Assembly (NCBI RefSeq): GCF_963921235.1
Contig: NC_086097.1
Span: 175,648,001-175,712,000 of the forward strand
DNA from: Mobula hypostoma
Lineage: Eukaryota
Reading direction: 5' to 3'
Length of the DNA stretch: 64,000 nucleotides
The position numbers and the translations under genes were made by a program. Within the stretch, counting starts at the first letter, position 1, and each line of letters opens with the position of its first letter. Positions 63,261 through 64,000 of this stretch are shown one piece after another. Under the pieces are notes generated by a model that saw only the letters and a list, made by a program, of their open reading frames with translations, made no database searches and was not told the origin of the DNA.

Positions 63261-63405
63261 CCAGCCTGCCGTCGCTCCAGCCAACATGCTGCCGGATTGC
63301 CCACTCTCGCTCCCTCCGCAGTATTAACCCCTCCTCACCCAGCCCCGTCTCTGTTGTCGCCTTCTAGGCTGTAACCCACGGGCTGGGCCACACCCGTCTG
63401 GCAGC

Positions 63406-63514
63406 ATGCTAAAGAAAGTCCTGCGCCTCTCCAACCGCTCCTTCTTCGCCTTCATCTTCCTCTTCTCCCTCTCCTCCTCCTGCCTCTATTTTATCTATGT
63501 GGCGCCCGGAATAG
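63406..63514 (+). CDS. B4GALT6: Beta-1,4-galactosyltransferase 6, first coding exon (cytoplasmic tail and signal anchor)
   Basis: MLKKVLRLSNRSFFAFIFLFSLSSSCLYFIYVAPGI, then G|GTAAGC donor. SNRS..AFIF.FSLSSSCLYFIYVAPGI fits B4GALT6 better than B4GALT5; syntenic with TRAPPC8. Confidence 0.92.
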
Positions 63515-64000
63515 GTAAGCACCGGGGTCTCACTCTTACCGGGGTATGCGCAGGGCAGGTTTTTATTATTGCAGCGTACGTGAGGGGAAGGGGGACACTT
63601 CCCAGTTAATTGCCATACTTGATGTCCCTCCCCGAGAGTACACGGTTTTTGCTGGCCTGCCAGTGTTTTAATTGTTGCAGCCCATTGCAAGGGGAAGCAG
63701 TGATGTGCAGGTTGCACTGTGTTAAGGGGAAGCTCACCAGCGAAGTTGTATCAGGCGCAGACATCGCCTTGGTCGGCGGAGGAATTCAGTTTGTATCGAA
63801 CAAGGTGCGATGTGAATTCCTTGTTCCCCAGGCGAACAATGCATGGTAATAAATAGACTCACAAGTGTAAAACCGTAGAATGGTGCAAAGATTGTGGCGG
63901 AAACACGAGGAAATTGTGGCGGTGCTGCTTTATTAAGTACTGTACTTACTGAGCCAAAATAGTCAGCAGTTTAAAAAAAATGGTTTGTAAAACGTCTTGC

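Larger units (their letters stand above)
62840..63560 (+). promoter_or_regulatory. CpG island / promoter and 5'UTR of B4GALT6
   Basis: Sharp rise in CpG density in otherwise CpG-depleted DNA; E-box CACGTG 62895-62900; CRE-like CGACGTCA 63001-63008. Confidence 0.8.

Noticed and set aside
63026..63374. Poly-Gly/Arg, poly-Leu/Pro and poly-Ser ORFs as novel proteins
   Set aside because: They are translations of the GAG/GAA microsatellite in a stop-poor CpG island.
63515..63609. C-terminal extension of the 67-aa ORF
   Set aside because: It is read-through into intron 1 past the GTAAGC donor.

Overview
This is eukaryotic vertebrate genomic DNA. The repeat complement (abundant CR1/HER1-type LINEs, HE1-like V-SINE, Rex1, Penelope, fish-type L1) suggests a cartilaginous fish, probably a ray; the taxon is an inference. 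Two host genes lie on the + strand in the same order as on human chr18q12: the last two coding exons and 3'UTR of TRAPPC8 (8569-8658, 11997-12231) and the CpG-island promoter plus first coding exon of B4GALT6 (63406-63514). Most of the remainder, including about 50 kb of intergenic DNA, is nested transposable elements: three distinct L1 families, many CR1 and Rex1 copies, Gypsy LTR elements, a hAT DNA transposon, mariner/Tc1 derivatives, Penelope fragments and SINEs. The most notable items are (1) a young L1 with a 15-bp TSD whose ~1262-codon ORF2 is broken by one CGA>TGA change; (2) a fold-back MITE made of two mariner 3' ends with five TIR copies; (3) a Gypsy LTR > L1 > hAT nest in which the hAT carries ~750 bp of unexplained sequence; (4) an internally deleted Rex1 retaining both ends; (5) a CORE-type SINE with a 13-bp TSD; and (6) an 88-nt pure-purine (GAG/GAA) tract plus a uORF upstream of the B4GALT6 start. 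I see no CRISPR, prokaryotic or clearly new multi-gene system. The candidate novelties are TE architectures and need database checks. Boundaries of degenerate elements are approximate, and all homology calls are from recalled motifs, not searches.
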